Part shown: positions 62,860 to 64,000 of the stretch, one piece after another
Layout: each line of letters begins with the position of its first letter
Numbering within the stretch: position 1 is the stretch's first letter
NCBI RefSeq assembly: GCF_006345805.1
Contig: NC_043000.1
Span: 66,836,001-66,900,000 of the forward strand
Source: Octopus sinensis
Lineage: Eukaryota
DNA: 64,000 nucleotides
Reading direction: 5' to 3'
Translations under genes and position numbers: made by a program
Notes under the pieces: model-generated
Seen by the model: the letters and a program-made list of their open reading frames with translations, nothing else
Told to the model about the DNA's origin: nothing
Database searches by the model: none

Positions 62860-64000
62860 TTTAATTAAACAGTTTGAAACTTTGTATACTGGTGTAATTT
62901 CTCACGCAGAACACGGTTTACTTTGAACATTATTGACAAAATTTCGTATTTTAGAAGTTATTTCGAGTTAAAGTTGTATTTGGTTAATTTTAATCAATCA
63001 GCGACGTGTATTCGGTTGAAGAAAGCTACTGCTGTTTGTGATAGTAATCGAAGAAGAACAACTTCCGGTCATCTCTACTAAATGTCACCACTCTGTTCTA
63101 TCTTATTTTTTGTTTACTGCCTGTGTTGCATATTACACGGGTTTTTTTTGTCCTCGTGTCGGAGTAACCAGTAAACACCGAAGAATCAACACCAAGAAGG
63201 AAAAAATATTATTTACATATATTTATTCGTTTACCCGACATCAGTATTTAAGCCGCAGGGCAGAATTTTGGGGGAAGATTTTGGTTTTATCTACACATAG
63301 GGCGCACCAGTGTTTAAAAGACCTACAGCGCAACGGGTCCGCAGCTAACTTTTTTGTTGTTGGCCTGTGTGTAGTTCCAAAAGGCTTTATTTTACAACTT
63401 TGAGATGTATTGTTATTGTTATGATTTTATCTTACTATAATCAACAACACATTTCGTCAATATAAAAGTCTTTATTAGATTAAAAATAACATTATCAAAA
63501 CATGAAGGTAAAACAAAACAAATATGCTTTGTTTTCTTCCAGGCACCAATGTACTGTAGCCATAGTCTTTCACGCTGTTCACCAACCGACTTTACCTCTG
63601 AAAAATCAGAGGAATCAATCAATCTCCATACAAATGATTTTCCTCCTGAAACTTCTAAAAAAAGTACACATATTAGGCGCACCTTTCTATAAGCCGCACA
63701 CTAAATTTTCCAGGTAAAAAATTGTGGCTTATACACCGGAAAATACGGTAATTGTAGTGGCAGTAACAAGTTCGCTCGCTGGTTGGTAGTTGATAGTGTA
63801 GAACTGGCTGTCTGAAAGAGAAAGAGTAAGGTACTGACTAGAAAGGAAGAAAGGGTAACACACGAATAGAACAGAGTGGTGACATTTAGTAGAGATGACC
63901 CGGAAGTTGTTCCTCTTCGATTACTATCACAAACAGCAGTAGCTTTCTTCAACTGAATACACGTGGTTAGTTAAAATTGCCCAAATACAATAACTTCTAA
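62860..64000. mobile_element. Long-TIR (foldback-like) element running off the window end, containing a pogo right end
   Basis: 62951-63101 is the reverse complement of 63866-64000. The left arm shares AACTT.GTATACTGGT and AATTTTAA.CAATCA motifs with 41997-42803. Pogo terminus GGCTTATACACCGGAAAATACGG|TA ends at 63748. Confidence 0.8.

Overview
AT-rich eukaryotic (animal) DNA packed with repeats. The SINE families, microsatellites and LINE mix suggest an octopus or other cephalopod genome (inference). I can support one host gene: a two-coding-exon, minus-strand RABIF/MSS4-like zinc-binding Rab chaperone (ATG 21748, intron 16515-21643, stop 16065; 184 aa). It is unusually divergent, carries a ~50-aa loop insertion and has a tandemly duplicated 3' end. 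The rest is a nested graveyard of transposable elements: RTE, CR1, Tx1/L1, CRE and I-like LINEs, a gypsy fragment, Helitrons, mariner/maT/pogo elements, hAT- and Merlin-like MITEs, long foldback elements, SINEs and a degenerate interstitial telomere array. The most notable items are (i) head-to-tail ORF1-only (HAL1-like) retroelements whose ORF1 is homologous to a Tx1-like LINE in the same window, (ii) the divergent MSS4 with a possible alternative last exon, and (iii) an 807-bp near-perfect palindrome with telomeric repeats that duplicated a mariner start codon as its target site. All protein family calls come from motif recognition by eye, not from database searches. Boundaries of decayed elements are approximate.
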